From the NCBI GenBank assembly GCA_040954595.2, contig JBECUI020000025.1:310001-374000 (forward strand): a stretch of 64,000 nucleotides of DNA, read 5' to 3'. Below the pieces are notes generated by a model. That model saw only the letters and a list, made by a program, of their open reading frames with translations, was not told the DNA's origin and did not search any database. Below, piece after piece: positions 20,529 to 32,200 of this stretch (the first letter of the stretch is position 1; every line of letters starts with the position of its first letter). This DNA is from Balanoglossus misakiensis. Lineage: Eukaryota > Animalia > Hemichordata. The position numbers and the translations under genes were made by a program.

Positions 20529-21453
20529 GTGCCCGGAGAATTATAGAAATTGCAGGTAATAATATTCACCTCTCTCATTATAGAGGCTTTGTTCAGGTAG
20601 CACGACAGGGACGGGACTGGGCGGCTTCCCTACGACGAGGCGCTTGCCATTGTGGTAACCGGACACGGAATAAGTCATACCAGCAATCTTTTAACTGCTC
20701 TTGCCGACCATAATATTCCCTTGGTTATATGTGGGAACAACTACATGCCGAGCGGCATCTTTATGCCTCTTGTTGGACATCATGCCCAAACCCTCCATAT
20801 TCGCAAACAGGCAGAGGCAGGAGTTGTACTAAAAAAACGTTGCTGGCAGCAGTTAGTTCGCAGAAAGATTCATAATCAGGCGAAGATTCTCCGACAAACA
20901 GAGTTTGATAGACCAGCAGATAAATTAACTTGGTTGATAACTCGGGTTAAAAGCGGCGACCCCGACAATATTGAGGCAGTTGCTGCAAAGATGTACTGGA
21001 AACTGATTTTCGGGAAGCATTTTCGCCGTGATAGAGAGCAAAAAGGAATTAATGCCATGCTGAACTACGGGTATGCGGTCCCTCCGTGCTACAATTACCC
21101 GCGCCATTGTGGCTGCCGGACTACATCCCGCACTGGGAGTACATCACCGTTCATGGAGTAACCCCTTCTGCCTCGCTGATGATCTTATGGAACCGTTCCG
21201 TCCCTTTGTAGACGGGCTGACCCGTTTGCTCATAGACCAAAACGAAACAGATGTTACGAGTAAGGTGAAACATGCCTATGCCGGTCTCATGTCTATTGAC
21301 TGCCAAGGAAAACGGGGTATTCAAACCCTTATTAATACTGCTGCCGACTGTGCGGTTTCTCTGGTACATGTCCTACTGGCAGAAAAGAAAGAGATTTACA
21401 CTCCGGAACTTCCCGAATTGAACTGTTTTCTTGCAGTCCTGGATCAATGTTAA
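20529..21453 (+). CDS. cas1: Type II Cas1 (frameshifted as given)
   Basis: 'RIIEIA...HLS.YRGF', 'WQQLVRRKI.NQ', 'VKSGDPDNIEA.AA..YW', 'INAMLNYGY', 'LRA...R....AGLHP.LGVHH', 'FCLADDLMEPFRP' across three frames. Confidence 0.9.
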
Positions 21454-21772
21454 GCGCGTATCGTATTATGTGGATGTATGTTATGTTTGATATACCAGTT
21501 ATGACCAAGAACCAACGAAAAAAGCAACCCAATTTCGTAACTTTCTCTTGGATGAGGGTTTTGAGATGCAACAATTCTCTGTATACACTCGTATCTGCTC
21601 CGGCATGGATAAGGTCGCTGTCCTATCCGAACGAGTACGACAGGCGACCCCACCCAATAGCAAGGTAGATATGCTGTCAGTTACCGATAAACAGTACGCA
21701 CGAATGATCTGCATTCGAAAATATTCAGAAAAAAAGCACCAAAAACCGACTAAACAACTCCTGTTATTTTGA
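21447..21772 (+). CDS. cas2: Cas2 (one frameshift in the A-run near 21520)
   Basis: 'MLSAYRIMWMYVMFDIPV.TK' joined to 'DEGFEMQQFSVYTR...VTDKQY...QLLLF'. Confidence 0.9.
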
Positions 21773-21829
21773 TTTTTTTCGAAAAAAATGCCCTGTAAGC
21801 CTTGCAATTGCAAGACTTACAGAACATAC
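21773..21829. promoter_or_regulatory. cas2-proximal leader with inverted repeat (possible minus-strand terminator for crRNA transcripts)
   Basis: GTAAGcCTTGCA-AT-TGCAAGaCTTAC palindrome at 21795-21820, with a T-run on the minus strand. Confidence 0.55.
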
Positions 21830-24800
21830 ATTATAGCGTATCGGTAGTTTAGGGGCTACCACAACCCGGAAACAATAGAAGAAGCAGCAGAGCTGATTAT
21901 AGCGTATCGGTAGTTTAGGGCTACCACAACCAAGAAGGGTCTTACCATTCTTTCTCGCAAATTATAGCGTATCGGTAGTTTAGGGGCTACCACAACGCGA
22001 TTGCCTCTTGCGTTGTTAATCGATTAATTATAGCGTATCGGTAGTTTAGGGGCTACCACAACTAGCCGTATCTTGGATTGGTAGTGTTACTATTTATAGC
22101 GTATCGGTAGTTTAGGGGCTACCACAACCCCCTCATTAACCTTGATAAATCATGCTCTATTATAGCGTATCGGTAGTTTAGGGGCTACCACAACTCAATG
22201 CGAAGTTACCTTTTTCTAAAGTTTATTATAGCGTATCGGTAGTTTAGGGGCTACCACAACAGTATTGGCTCCACCAAGACCGTACATTTTATTATAGCGT
22301 ATCGGTAGTTTAGGGGCTACCACAACCGTTAAGCTGACTATCAAGGCAGATACAAAATTATAGCGTATCGGTAGTTTAGGGGCTACCACAACTGTGTTAC
22401 TGCTTGAATTACTTCAAACTTATTATAGCGTATCGGTAGTTTAGGGGCTACCACAACGGTCAAGTAAGACTGGACAGTTACAAGACATTATAGCGTATCG
22501 GTAGTTTAGGGGCTACCACAACTCGCAAGTCATATGAGTTTGTAGTAATAAATTATAGCGTATCGGTAGTTTAGGGGCTACCACAAACTATCAGCAAGTT
22601 CAGAGATAGAAGGGTTTAATTATAGCGTATCGGTAGTTTAGGGGCTACCACAACTGGTTGCAATCGGGTTGTTATTGACACTGAATTATAGCGTATCGGT
22701 AGTTTAGGGCTACCACAACTCGGTTGGGGAGTTGATTGATATTACATCAATTATAGCGTATCGGTAGTTTAGGGGCTACCACAACGATCCACCGGTGATA
22801 ACGAGCATATGAAATTATAGCGTATCGGTAGTTTAGGGGCTACCACAACTACATTTGCTTTTTGACATCTTTTCTTAATATTATAGCGTATCGGTAGTTT
22901 AGGGGCTACCACAACTACTTGCTTGTGGATAGCTTGCCGTGATATATTATAGCGTATCGGTAGTTAAGGGGCTACCACAACGTATCGGTTAAAGGAGCAC
23001 CTATGCCGTCTATTATAGCGTATCGGTAGTTTAGGGGCTACCACAACTAACCAAGGGCAAACCATGGACGATATATGATTATAGCGTATCGGTAGTTTAG
23101 GGGCTACCACAACGGGCGAATCAATCGTTGCCACATAACAGATTATAGCGTATCGGTAGTTTAGGGGCTACCACAACTGTTGATGCAACCGGATTGCAAC
23201 AAGATAAATTATAGCGTATCGGTAGTTTAGGGGCTACCACAACAGTGCGCGGCATACTGAAAGCGCAGAGAAAATTATAGCGTATCGGTAGTTTAGGGCT
23301 ACCACAACAGCATCCTAAGTAAATTAGATATCATAGACATTATAGCGTATCGGTAGTTTAGGGGCTACCACAACTCCACTCATCAATGCCTGTGATATAT
23401 GCAATTATAGCGTATCGGTAGTTTAGGGGCTACCACAACAAGTTTGCGCAAATAAAATTCTTGACCAGAATTATAGCGTAATGGTAGTTTAGGGGCTACC
23501 ACAACGTACTACAGCAGTATGTCAATTCGTATGAAATTATAGCGTATCGGTAGTTTAGGGGCTACCACAACTGGTATCAATAGCTATGATGTTCGTTACT
23601 AATTATAGCGTATCGGTAGTTTAGGGGCTACCACAACGTCTTTAAGACTAACTAGTTGGAACGGGTACATTATAGCGTATCGGTAGTTTAGGGGCTACCA
23701 CAACCTATAAGCACTGCTAGTAGCTCACGTTGCTATTATAGCGTATCGGTAGTTTAGGGGCTACCACAACCTTTTGCCTTTTCGGCAATCATTGCCTTTT
23801 ATTATAGCGTATCGGTAGTTTAGGGGCTACCACAACTTAATTGTTAGGTATTAAGTATATCTCTGATTATAGCGTATCGGTAGTTTAGGGGCTACCACAA
23901 CGTTATAAAGTATTTGTTTTTGTTTACTTGCATTATAGCGTATCGGTAGTTTAGGGGCTACCACAACTGTTCTTGCTGGATAACAACAAAGGAGAATATT
24001 ATAGCGTATCGGTAGTTTAGGGGCTACCACAACTACTCATATATACATACCCCCGTAAATGTTATTATAGCGTATCGGTAGTTTAGGGGCTACCACAACT
24101 CTATTACCTATACAATGCTTCAACCATAAATTATAGCGTATCGGTAGTTTAGGGGCTACCACAACAGCTTTCCGAAGCCACTGAAAGGTGGCAATATTAT
24201 AGCGTATCGGTAGTTTAGGGGCTACCACAACCGTTCGGTCCTTCAATAGCATACCAGGTAAATTATAGCGTATCGGTAGTTTAGGGGCTACCACAACAGG
24301 ATTGTTTCATTATCGTTTTCGATTGAATTATAGCGTATCGGTAGTTTAGGGGCTACCACAACTATTGTCGCCTGCACCAAAATATATTGTGTATTATAGC
24401 GTATCGGTAGTTTAGGGGCTACCACAACTTTCAAGGGATATTTCAATAGCTTTTTCTATTATAGCGTATCGGTAGTTTAGGGGCTACCACAACTACTTTT
24501 TGTACAACTTTTTTTCTTTGTAGATTATAGCGTATCGGTAGTTTAGGGGCTACCACAACCTTTGAATCATATAATCGTAAATGTCCGTTATTATAGCGTA
24601 TCGGTAGTTTAGGGGCTACCACAACTATCATATTTATCTCAGTCTGGCAATGCGATTATAGCGTATCGGTAGTTTAGGGGCTACCACAACTTGCATCTAC
24701 ATCTATAAGCAAATCTTTTTTATTATAGCGTATCGGTAGTTTAGGGGCTACCACAACCTAAAGCATATTCAATAGCACAAGTTATAAATTATAGCGTATC

Positions 24801-27800
24801 GGTAGTTTAGGGGCTACCACAACCTTTTGCGACAAGTGCCATGCCGTCAATTAATTATAGCGTATCGGTAGTTTAGGGGCTACCACAACCAAGAACCGTG
24901 TTAACAAAGACCGTCTTTTATTATAGCGTATCGGTAGTTTAGGGGCTACCACAACATACTCTCTTTGTCCCCAGTTTTGAAAAAGATTATAGCGTATCGG
25001 TAGTTTAGGGGCTACCACAACTACTATACGGGGTTAGTGTTCCGTCATCCTATTATAGCGTATCGGTAGTTTAGGGGCTACCACAACTTCGCATCGATCA
25101 ATGCTTGCAGCTCGTCAATTATAGCGTATCGGTAGTTTAGGGGCTACCACAACTCAACATCGATTAACTGAAAAGACATTGTAATTATAGCGTATCGGTA
25201 GTTTAGGGGCTACCACAACTGCAAAGGCGTATTGGATACGCACAAACAAATTATAGCGTATCGGTAGTTTAGGGGCTACCACAACGGAAATAGCTTGGTG
25301 AAACATTCGCCACCTATTATAGCGTATCGGTAGTTTAGGGGCTACCACAACTGAACCGGAGCGTGTGATGTATATAAAAGCATTATAGCGTATCGGTAGT
25401 TTAGGGGCTACCACAACGATATGTATGAAATGTATATACGGTCTAAGATTATAGCGTATCGGTAGTTTAGGGGCTACCACAACCTAGTACACAAACTATG
25501 TTCATACTCGGCTAATTATAGCGTATCGGTAGTTTAGGGGCTACCACAACAACTGCCATCGCTTCCAGTCTTTAGTATCATTATAGCGTATCGGTAGTTT
25601 AGGGGCTACCACAACTTAATAAGGAAACGAAACGAAGCTCTACGAATTATAGCGTATCGGTAGTTTAGGGGCTACCACAACCTAACTTGATTGCAATAAT
25701 TTGAGGGACTTATTATAGCGTATCGGTAGTTTAGGGGCTACCACAACATGACATCGGCGGGCATGTCATACCGGTTCATTATAGCGTATCGGTAGTTTAG
25801 GGGCTACCACAACAGACCTGATATACTCTTCGTACAGAGAGAGATTATAGCGTATCGGTAGTTTAGGGGCTACCACAACCAGTTGATACGACTGATCCTC
25901 GTTCGTTATATTATAGCGTATCGGTAGTTTAGGGGCTACCACAACTATGCGTGTGCGGCTCTACCGGATGAATGAATTATAGCGTATCGGTAGTTTAGGG
26001 GCTACCACAACCTAACTTGATTGCAATAATTTGAGGGACTTATTATAGCGTATCGGTAGTTTAGGGGCTACCACAACATGACATCGGCGGGCATGTCATA
26101 CCGGTTCATTATAGCGTATCGGTAGTTTAGGGGCTACCACAACAGACCTGATATACTCTTCGTACAGAGAGAGATTATAGCGTATCGGTAGTTTAGGGGC
26201 TACCACAACAACTGCCATCGCTTCCAGTCTTTAGTATCATTATAGCGTATCGGTAGTTTAGGGGCTACCACAACTTAATAAGGAAACGAAACGAAGCTCT
26301 ACGAATTATAGCGTATCGGTAGTTTAGGGGCTACCACAACTAAATCCACCACCGTAGCAACATTGCCTACATTATAGCGTATCGGTAGTTTAGGGGCTAC
26401 CACAACTCAAGTCTTCCAGTGAATAATACCCACTGCAATTATAGCGTATCGGTAGTTTAGGGGCTACCACAACCATTATCATAAACAGGAAGGTGGTCGC
26501 TTAATTATAGCGTATCGGTAGTTTAGGGGCTACCACAACTGCTGCCAGGGATGGAATTACATCTTGAAATTATAGCGTATCGGTAGTTTAGGGGCTACCA
26601 CAACAGAGACTTACTGTAAGGATCAATCAACATCATTATAGCGTATCGGTAGTTTAGGGGCTACCACAACGATGTAAACCGAAACACGCATCGGTTGTCA
26701 TTATAGCGTATCGGTAGTTTAGGGGCTACCACAACACCCTCTGGTGTCAAAACTGTGTGGCAGTCATTATAGCGTATCGGTAGTTTAGGGGCTACCACAA
26801 CCAATCTCATTCGGTTCATCTACAGGCTCTTATTATAGCGTATCGGTAGTTTAGGGGCTACCACAACTGTAAAGTCCAGCACGTAGTATCCGCGTGGATT
26901 ATAGCGTATCGGTAGTTTAGGGGCTACCACAACAGTTTATACATATATCATTTTTGTAAATGTATTATAGCGTATCGGTAGTTTAGGGGCTACCACAACG
27001 GCACGGTCAAGGGATTTTAGCCCGAGAAATTATAGCGTATCGGTAGTTTAGGGGCTACCACAACCAAGCCCGTCAACGCGTTATCTCTAACAATATTATA
27101 GCGTATCGGTAGTTTAGGGGCTACCACAACTGTATACCTACATGTATGGATGTTCTTGCTATTATAGCGTATCGGTAGTTTAGGGGCTACCACAACCTAG
27201 TATCGTGCGAGAAGACGTGTTGGCTCATTATAGCGTATCGGTAGTTTAGGGGCTACCACAACCACTTACTTGACAACATTAATAAAAATGATATTATAGC
27301 GTATCGGTAGTTTAGGGGCTACCACAACCAATATCCGGTACGGCAATGCGAGTATTAAATTATAGCGTATCGGTAGTTTAGGGGCTACCACAACACGTTC
27401 TCTTCAAGCCGTTTCCAGCTTGCGATTATAGCGTATCGGTAGTTTAGGGGCTACCACAACAGATTGTTGATAACGGAATCGCTCCAATCATTATAGCGTA
27501 TCGGTAGTTTAGGGGCTACCACAACCCAATTCCCTCCCTTGCCTTGGAACACTTTATTATAGCGTATCGGTAGTTTAGGGGCTACCACAACATCCTCGCT
27601 GTATTGCTCTATTACATCGTTATTATAGCGTATCGGTAGTTTAGGGGCTACCACAACATCCTCGCTGTATTGCTCTATTACATCGTTATTATAGCGTATC
27701 GGTAGTTTAGGGGCTACCACAACGTTTTGATAAAAGGCCCAGGAGAGCCATTAATTATAGCGTATCGGTAGTTTAGGGGCTACCACAACCAGTTGATACG

Positions 27801-28317
27801 ACTGATCCTCGTTCGTTATATTATAGCGTATCGGTAGTTTAGGGGCTACCACAACTATGCGTGTGCGGCTCTACCGGATGAATGAATTATAGCGTATCGG
27901 TAGTTTAGGGGCTACCACAACCGATAATTCCGATATAGAGAGACCTCGATTATTATAGCGTATCGGTAGTTTAGGGGCTACCACAACTATACTCTCGGTA
28001 TTATGTGGTCAACATGAATTATAGCGTATCGGTAGTTTAGGGGCTACCACAACACTGGATGCATTCCGTTGTCTAACAGATTAATTATAGCGTATCGGTA
28101 GTTTAGGGGCTACCACAACTCTGCGGTTGTAACCTGTTTTGCCATTTTAATTATAGCGTATCGGTAGTTTAGGGGCTACCACAACTAGACGAGCTGAAAG
28201 CTGGGAAGGCTGTAGATTATAGCGTATCGGTAGTTTAGGGGCTACCACAACTGTACTAGCCTATCCATAGCAATAAGCGTAATTATAGCGTATCGGTAGT
28301 TTAGGGGCTACCTCCAT
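21830..28317 (-). CRISPR. CRISPR array, 99 repeats / 98 spacers (hand count); repeat GTTGTGGTAGCCCCTAAACTACCGATACGCTATAAT (36 nt), spacers mostly 29-31 nt
   Basis: ~66-bp periodicity; degenerate terminal repeat at 28282. Orientation deduced from tracrRNA complementarity and the TATAAT at the repeat 3' end. Confidence 0.98.
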
Positions 28318-28359
28318 CAACTCATTGCTAAGTGTAGATAAGGGTACAACATCGTTACC

Positions 28360-29211
28360 CTAAAGCAGCTCTTGCGACCTGCTTAGGAGTGATAGTGAAT
28401 TTAATGTTTTCCTATCGGCACTTGTATATAAACTGCCCATTACATTCACTAAACTACCATCTCTCGCATTAGTGATAGTCCACCATTTGTTACTAGCTAA
28501 TAATGCCTCTCTCAAATTTTCTCTATACAGATCTGTTATATCTACACCAGGAATTTTCGCCTCTGTTGCATCTTCGAATAACATTGACGCATAATTAATT
28601 ATATCCCTCCCAAGGAATTTTTTTACCTTGCTCCCAATCCATATGTCTATATCTCCATCTTGTTTCATGAGTGCTACATCTGTAGTGTTCTTTACGGCTG
28701 GCGACTTAAAAAGAACTGTTTCTTGCCCTAGTATATTACATAGGTCCATAGCTAACACACGAAAATCCTCTAGTCTCTCACCATAGAACATCCTAGTCTC
28801 TCTTTTTGCGTAGCCAGTATAACTGTCTGCAAATGGAACAAGTATAGAATACTCAAAAGTTATCTTGTTCATCTTTTCGTATTTATATTGCCCAAATAAT
28901 GGAATTATAACCAACCCTAACTGTATTAATTCCTTCTTTATATATTCCATGCTATCGAGCATCTTGTCCCATACTAGCTCCTCAATATCTTCTAATATTT
29001 TGATGTCGTCTTCTTTGAATGCTACATCCCTTTTGCTAGACACTATAAAAAGAGGCATGGCGTTGTCCCCTGCAATTCTGCTAACATCATCAATCGTAGT
29101 GTTTTGCAATATCATAGACGGATTATAAGTGATGTTTATTTCCATCTTCTCTTTTTCCTGTTGCTTCCCAAACAAATCCACTATCGTTGACATTGTTATA
29201 TTATCTTTCAT
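28360..29211 (-). CDS. Hypothetical 283-aa protein with phage SAM-lyase (T3 SAMase)-like motifs
   Basis: RBS GGAGGGG; motifs 'FIVSSKR', 'LFGQYKYE...FEYSILV', 'LAMDLCNILGQETVLFKS'. The ORF is well supported; the function is tentative. Confidence 0.55.
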   Translation of the reverse strand: MKDNITMSTIVDLFGKQQEKEKMEINITYNPSMILQNTTIDDVSRIAGDNAMPLFIVSSKRDVAFKEDDIKILEDIEELVWDKMLDSMEYIKKELIQLGLVIIPLFGQYKYEKMNKITFEYSILVPFADSYTGYAKRETRMFYGERLEDFRVLAMDLCNILGQETVLFKSPAVKNTTDVALMKQDGDIDIWIGSKVKKFLGRDIINYASMLFEDATEAKIPGVDITDLYRENLREALLASNKWWTITNARDGSLVNVMGSLYTSADRKTLNSLSLLSRSQELL

Positions 29212-29236
29212 AATCCCCTCCGCATCATCTTACACT

Positions 29237-29258
29237 ATTATAGCATATCGGTAGTTTA
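29237..29258 (-). promoter_or_regulatory. Partial CRISPR repeat/anti-repeat forming an extended -10 (TGCTATAAT) upstream of the 283-aa gene
   Basis: ATTATAGCATATCGGTAGTTTA matches the repeat at 21/22 positions; 26 bp upstream of the ATG. Confidence 0.7.
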
Positions 29259-29294
29259 ATGAAAGATATTTGCTTCGCAAGCAGTTTGTTCTGC

Positions 29295-32200
29295 TCATAT
29301 CTCAAGCAAAGGCACAGATTTCGCAGTAGTACGTTATACCACCCCTGAATGGGTGGGGGTTGTGGATGGGAAAGCTTATACACAAATTTTAAGTATAATT
29401 TTAAGTAAAAATTACCAGAAGAAACTACCCTTACTCGAAAGAATCCCCGCTCAAACTTCAAGCAAAGGGCAAGTTTTTGTGGTAATTATTGATACCGCCC
29501 CTGAATGGGTGGGGATTGTGGATGGGGGGAGCATACAAAAAAAAATGATAAATATCCGCACAAAGCTCAATCAAACTGCCACTTTTCGCAGTAATTCTTA
29601 ATACCACCCCTGATGGGTGGGGGTAGTGGATGGGGGAACTTATACTAAATTTTAAGTATAAATTTAAGTAAAAAATTATCAAAAGATGCTACACTACAAA
29701 ATCAATTTCTTCGCTCAAACTTCAAGCAAACGCACAGATTTCGCAGTAATTATTGATACCACCCCTGATTAAGTGGGGCTGTGGATGGGAAACCTTATAT
29801 TAAATTTTAAGTATAATTTTAAGTTAAAATTATCAAAAGAAAGCACCCAACAAGATCAATTCCCTCGCTCAAACTTCAAGCAAACAGCCACTTTTCGTGG
29901 TAGTTTTAAATACCACCCCTGATTAAGTGGGGCTGTGGATGGGGGAACTTATACTAAATTTTAAGTATAAATTTAAGTAAAAATTGTCAGAAGAAACCAC
30001 CCTACAAGATCAATTCCCTCGCTCAAACCTCAATCAAACTGCCATATTTCGCAGTAGTACGTTATACCGCTCCTGAATGGGTAGGGGCTGTGGATGGGAA
30101 AGATCATACACAAATTTTAAGTATAATTTTAAGCAAAAATTATCAAAAGAAACTACCCTACAAAATCAATTCCCTTGCTCAAACCTCAAGCAAAGGCACA
30201 GATTTCGCAGTAGTACCTTATACCACCCCTGAATGGGTGGGGGCTGTGGATGGGAAAGCTTATACTAAATTTTAAGTATAATTTTAAGTAAAAATCAACA
30301 AAAGAAAGCACCCAACAAGATCAATTCCCTCGCTCAAACCTCAATCAAACTGCCACTTTTTGTGGTAGTACGTTATACCACCCCTTAAGGGTGGGGGCTG
30401 TGGATGGGAAAGATTATACACAAATTTTAAGTATAAATTTAAGTTAAAATTATCAGAAGATCCTACCCTACAAAATCAATTCCTTCGCTCAAACTTCAAG
30501 CCAACAGCCACTTTTCGCAGTAGTACCTTATACCACCCCTGAATGGGTGGGGGCTGTGGATGGCGGGGCTTATACTAAATTTTAAGTAAAAATTAAGTAT
30601 AAATTATCAGAAGAAACAACCCAACAAGATCAATTTCCTCGCTCAAACTTCAAGCAAACGCACACTTTTTGCAGTAGTTATTGATACCACCCCTGAATGG
30701 GTGGGGGCTGTGGATGGCACGGACTATACAAAAAAGCACTTAACATTTGTGTAGTAGTTTTGCGGGGGGGATGGCAATTTTTCTGCACCGGCGGAGCAAA
30801 GATTGAATCAAACACACAGATTTCGCAGTAGTACGTTATACCACCCCTGAATGGGTGGGGGCTGTGGATGGGGGGAGCATACAAAAAAAAATGATAAATA
30901 TCCGCACAAAGCTCAATCAAACTGCCACTTTTCGCAGTAATTCTTAATACCACCCCTGATGGGTGGGGGTAGTGGATGGGGGAACTTATACTAAATTTTA
31001 AGTATAAATTTAAGTAAAAAATTATCAAAAGATGCTACACTACAAAATCAATTTCTTCGCTCAAACTTCAAGCAAACGCACAGATTTCGCAGTAATTATT
31101 GATACCACCCCTGATTAAGTGGGGCTGTGGATGGGAAACCTTATATTAAATTTTAAGTATAATTTTAAGTTAAAATTATCAAAAGAAAGCACCCTACAAG
31201 ATCAATTCCTTCGCTCAAACCTCAAGTAAACGCACACTTTTTGCAGTAGTACCTTATACCACCCCTAATGGGTGGGGACTGTGGATGGGAAACCTTATAC
31301 CAAAAACTACTTAACATCTGTGTAGTAGTTTTGCAGAAAGATGGACAATTTTTGTGTGCCGGCAGGGCAAAGGCTCAATCAAACAGCCACTTTTCGCAGT
31401 AGTACGTTATACCGCCCCTGAATGGGTAGGGGCTGTGGATGGCGGGGCTTATACTAAATTTTAAGTATAATTTTAAGTTAAAATTATCAGAAGAAAGCAC
31501 CCTACAAGATCAACTCCCTCGCTCAAACCTCAATCAAACTGTACTTTTCGTGGTAGTACGTTATACCGCCCCTGATTAAGTGGGGCTGTGGATGGCGGGG
31601 CTTATACTAAAAATTTAAGTATAAGTTTAAGTAAAAATTATCAGAAGAAAGCACCCTACAAGATCAATTCCCTCGCTCAAACTTCAAGCAAAGGCATAGA
31701 TTTCGCAGTAGTTTCTAATACCACCCCTGATTAAGTGGGGCTGTGGATGGGGGGCTTATACCAAAAACTACTTAACATTTGTGTAGTAGTTTTGCAGGAA
31801 GATGGCGATTCTTGTGTGCCGGCAGGGCAAAGGCTCAATCAAACAGCCACTTTTCGCAGTAGTACGTTATACCACCCCTGATGGGTGGGGGCTGTGGATG
31901 GCAAACCTTATATTAAATTTTAAGTATAATTTTAAGTTAAAAATATCAAAAGAACCCACCCAACAAGATCAATTTCCTCGCTCAAACTTCAAGCAAACGC
32001 ACAGATTTCGCAGTAGTACCTTATACCGCCCCTTGATGGGTGGGGGCTGTGGATGGCAAACTATATATAAATTTTAAGTAAAAAATTAAGTATAAATTGT
32101 GAGAAGTGCCCCTACTGACACTATCCTCCCGCTCAAACTTCAATCAAACAGCCACTTTTTGTGGTAGTACGTTATACCACCCCTGATGGGTGGGGGTTGT

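Noticed and set aside
17098-21772. Type II-A or II-B assignment
   Set aside because: No csn2 or cas4 between cas2 and the array.
24037-27720. ORFs with repeating 'VVAPKLPIRYN'
   Set aside because: These are translations of the 36-nt CRISPR repeat in a 66-bp period, not proteins.
21830-28317. Self-targeting spacers against this window
   Set aside because: No convincing match seen by eye; the check was not exhaustive and needs an alignment.
28318-28350. Further degenerate repeat ending GGGTACAAC
   Set aside because: Needs many gaps and is off-period; better read as part of a small hairpin (AGGGT...ACCCT) at the orphan gene's 3' end.
29640-29680. AT-rich palindrome as a dif/Xer or lox-type site
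   Set aside because: Arms are only ~7 bp, spacing does not fit the XerC/XerD consensus, and no recombinase is in the window.
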